Assembly: GCA_026770705.1 (NCBI GenBank)
Contig: JANJGN010000024.1
Location: 35,216,295-35,280,000, forward strand
Source: Isurus oxyrinchus
Taxonomy: Eukaryota
Length of the DNA stretch: 63,706 nt
Reading direction: 5' to 3'
Part shown: one piece after another, positions 61,838 through 63,706 of the stretch
Numbering within the stretch: the stretch's first letter is position 1
Layout: each line of letters opens with the position of its first letter
The notes under the pieces: model-generated
Told to the model about the DNA's origin: nothing
What the model saw: only the letters and a program-made list of their open reading frames with translations
The model's database searches: none
Translations under genes and position numbers: made by a program

Positions 61838-63125
61838 ACCAACAGTTTGTATTTCTACAGTGCTTTTGACATGTTAAAATGTCCCAAGGCACAGAGGCAT
61901 TGTAAATCAAATGTGACACTGAGCCGCATAAGGAAATGTTAGGACAGCTGACCAAAAGCTTGGACAAAGAGGTAGGTTTTAAGGAGCATGTTATAGGAGG
62001 AAATCGAGGTATAGAGGCAGAGTGGTTTAGGGAGGGAATTCCAGAGCTTACGGCCTAGGCAACTGAAGACACGGCCACCAATTAAAAAAGAGTATGCACA
62101 AGAGGGCAGAATTAGAGAAGTGCAGATATCTGTGGGTTTTGGGGCCGGAGTAATTACAGAGATAGGGAGAGGCGAGGCCATAGCAAGATCTGATAACAAT
62201 GATGAGAATTTTTAAATCAAAGCATTGCTTAACCAGAAGCCATTGTAGGTCAGTGAGCAGAGGGGTGATGGGTGAATTGAATGCGGTGTGAGCTATGACC
62301 CAGGCAGCAGAATTTTGTATGACCTCAAATTTACTGAGCATAGAATGTGGGAGGCCAGCCAGAAGAATGTTCGAATAGACAAGTCTGGAGGTAACAAAGG
62401 CATCAATGTGGACTTCTGCAGCCAAAGAGCTGAGGCAGGGACCGAGTCAGGTGATTTTGTTGAGTTGAAAACAGGCAGTATCACAGAAGGTGTATGATAT
62501 GTGGGTGAAAGCTCATTTCTGGATTAAATATGACACCGAGGTTGCGAACAACCTGACTCGGTCCCAGGCAATTGCCAGGGAATATGATGAAGTTAGTGGC
62601 TAGTGAACGGAATTTGTAGCAGGGACCAAAAACAATGGCTTCAGTTTTCCCAATATTTAATTGAGGAATTTTTTTGCTTAACAGTACTGGATGTCAGATA
62701 AGCAGTATGATAGAGTGGAGGGGTCAAGAGAGGTGGTGGTGAAGTAGAGCTCAGTGTGTTCAGCGTTCATGTGGGATCCTACGGTGTGTTTATGGATGAT
62801 GCTGCTGAGTGGCAGCATGTAATTGCGAAAAAGGAGGGGCCCAAGGATAAATCCTTGGGAACAGCAGAGGTGACTGGTTGGGAACTTAGAGTAATCATTA
62901 ATGGCAATTCTCTGGCAACAATTAGATAGAAAAGAATGGAACCAGGTAAGTGCAGTCCTGCAGCTGGACAATGGTGAAGTGGCATTGGAATAGGATGGTG
63001 TAGTCAAGTGTGTTTTCAGGCTGCAGACAGGTTGAGGAGGGATAGTTTAACTTTATCACAGTCACATACGATGTCATTTGTGACATTGTTAAGAGCTGTT
63101 TCGGTACTGTGGCAGGGGTAAAATC
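61838..63125 (-). mobile_element. L2 LINE 3' portion, decayed
   Basis: ALTWFHSFLSN, QGFILGPLLF..YMLPL, AEHTELY (YADDTQLY), AFVTSRLVYSNILLAGLP, IQNSAA, ITPLLTDLQWL: characteristic L2 RT and C-terminus. Confidence 0.88.
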
Positions 63126-63183
63126 CTCTTTAGAGGGATTCAAACGTAGAATCCCGGGAAAGATGGGAACAGATTTGGGAGTG

Positions 63184-63706
63184 TGTAATGACTTGACAGA
63201 CCGGACAGGTTTCAACAAGAAACAGATAAACTTTATTAAAGGGAGCTTTTCAGATGCTACATGCTTGATCAGGACCCTCGTCAGGAAACCCCACACCCTG
63301 AATTATATTCGCTTAGGGCTCATTGGTCAGAGCCTCCGAGAACATCATGTGACCCCTGATAGACAGGAGAGGCTATACCTTCAGTTACTGCATTTCCTCC
63401 CCCTTTAGTTTTTGACAGTCTTTTTACAGAGAACATTTGAATATACAACAACATATACATATATACAACTTCAGGTGATTAAAGAGGTCTCTGAAGTGCT
63501 TTCCTTATTCGGTTAGAGCAATGTAGCCTATCACTTGAGGTTTGTCCACAGGATTGACATGATCAGTAGCAGCAGCACAAGATACATCTTTAGAAAGTGG
63601 CAGTTCAGAGTTAGGCAACTCTACAGAAACACCGGAATGCCTATTTTAGATCGATTGTCACATCAGGAATTGATGGTTCAACGGTAATCACAGGCGGAAT
63701 AGTTGG
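63184..63706 (-). mobile_element. Possible LTR 3' end running off the window
   Basis: Minus strand ends ...GTCATTACA with AATAAA about 45 nt upstream (TTTATT at 63232), like the Gypsy LTR end at 34267. Confidence 0.3.

Overview
This window is repeat-dominated eukaryotic DNA. The repeat families (CR1, L2, Tx1, Penelope-like elements, Deu-type SINEs, Harbinger-type MITEs) point to a non-mammalian vertebrate, probably a cartilaginous fish; that assignment is inference. The first ~2 kb is mostly N. No complete host gene is recognisable, only a few small candidate exons. Main contents: (1) A ~3.3 kb spacer-less palindrome made of two Penelope-like (RT + GIY-YIG, Neptune-type) arms. Both arms have open reading frames, a 16-bp direct repeat flanks the pair, and each arm carries a minimal hammerhead ribozyme with a non-canonical CUGUCGA core. 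That core recurs in five copies in the window. (2) At least two other hammerhead-bearing Penelope-type families. (3) A decayed Gmr1-type Gypsy element (gag-PR-IN, no RT) with a tRNA-Pro primer binding site, split by a MITE. (4) A near full-length Tx1/L1-clade LINE with a doubled 3' end, inserted into a CR1. (5) CR1, L2 and CR1/L2-group LINE fragments, plus a tRNA-derived SINE sharing one LINE's tail. (6) Many PIF/Harbinger-type non-autonomous elements sharing GGGCWGAATTTTCC-like termini; one holds a Myb/SANT remnant and one a 43-bp minisatellite. All family assignments come from motif recognition by eye; no database search was run, and many boundaries are approximate.
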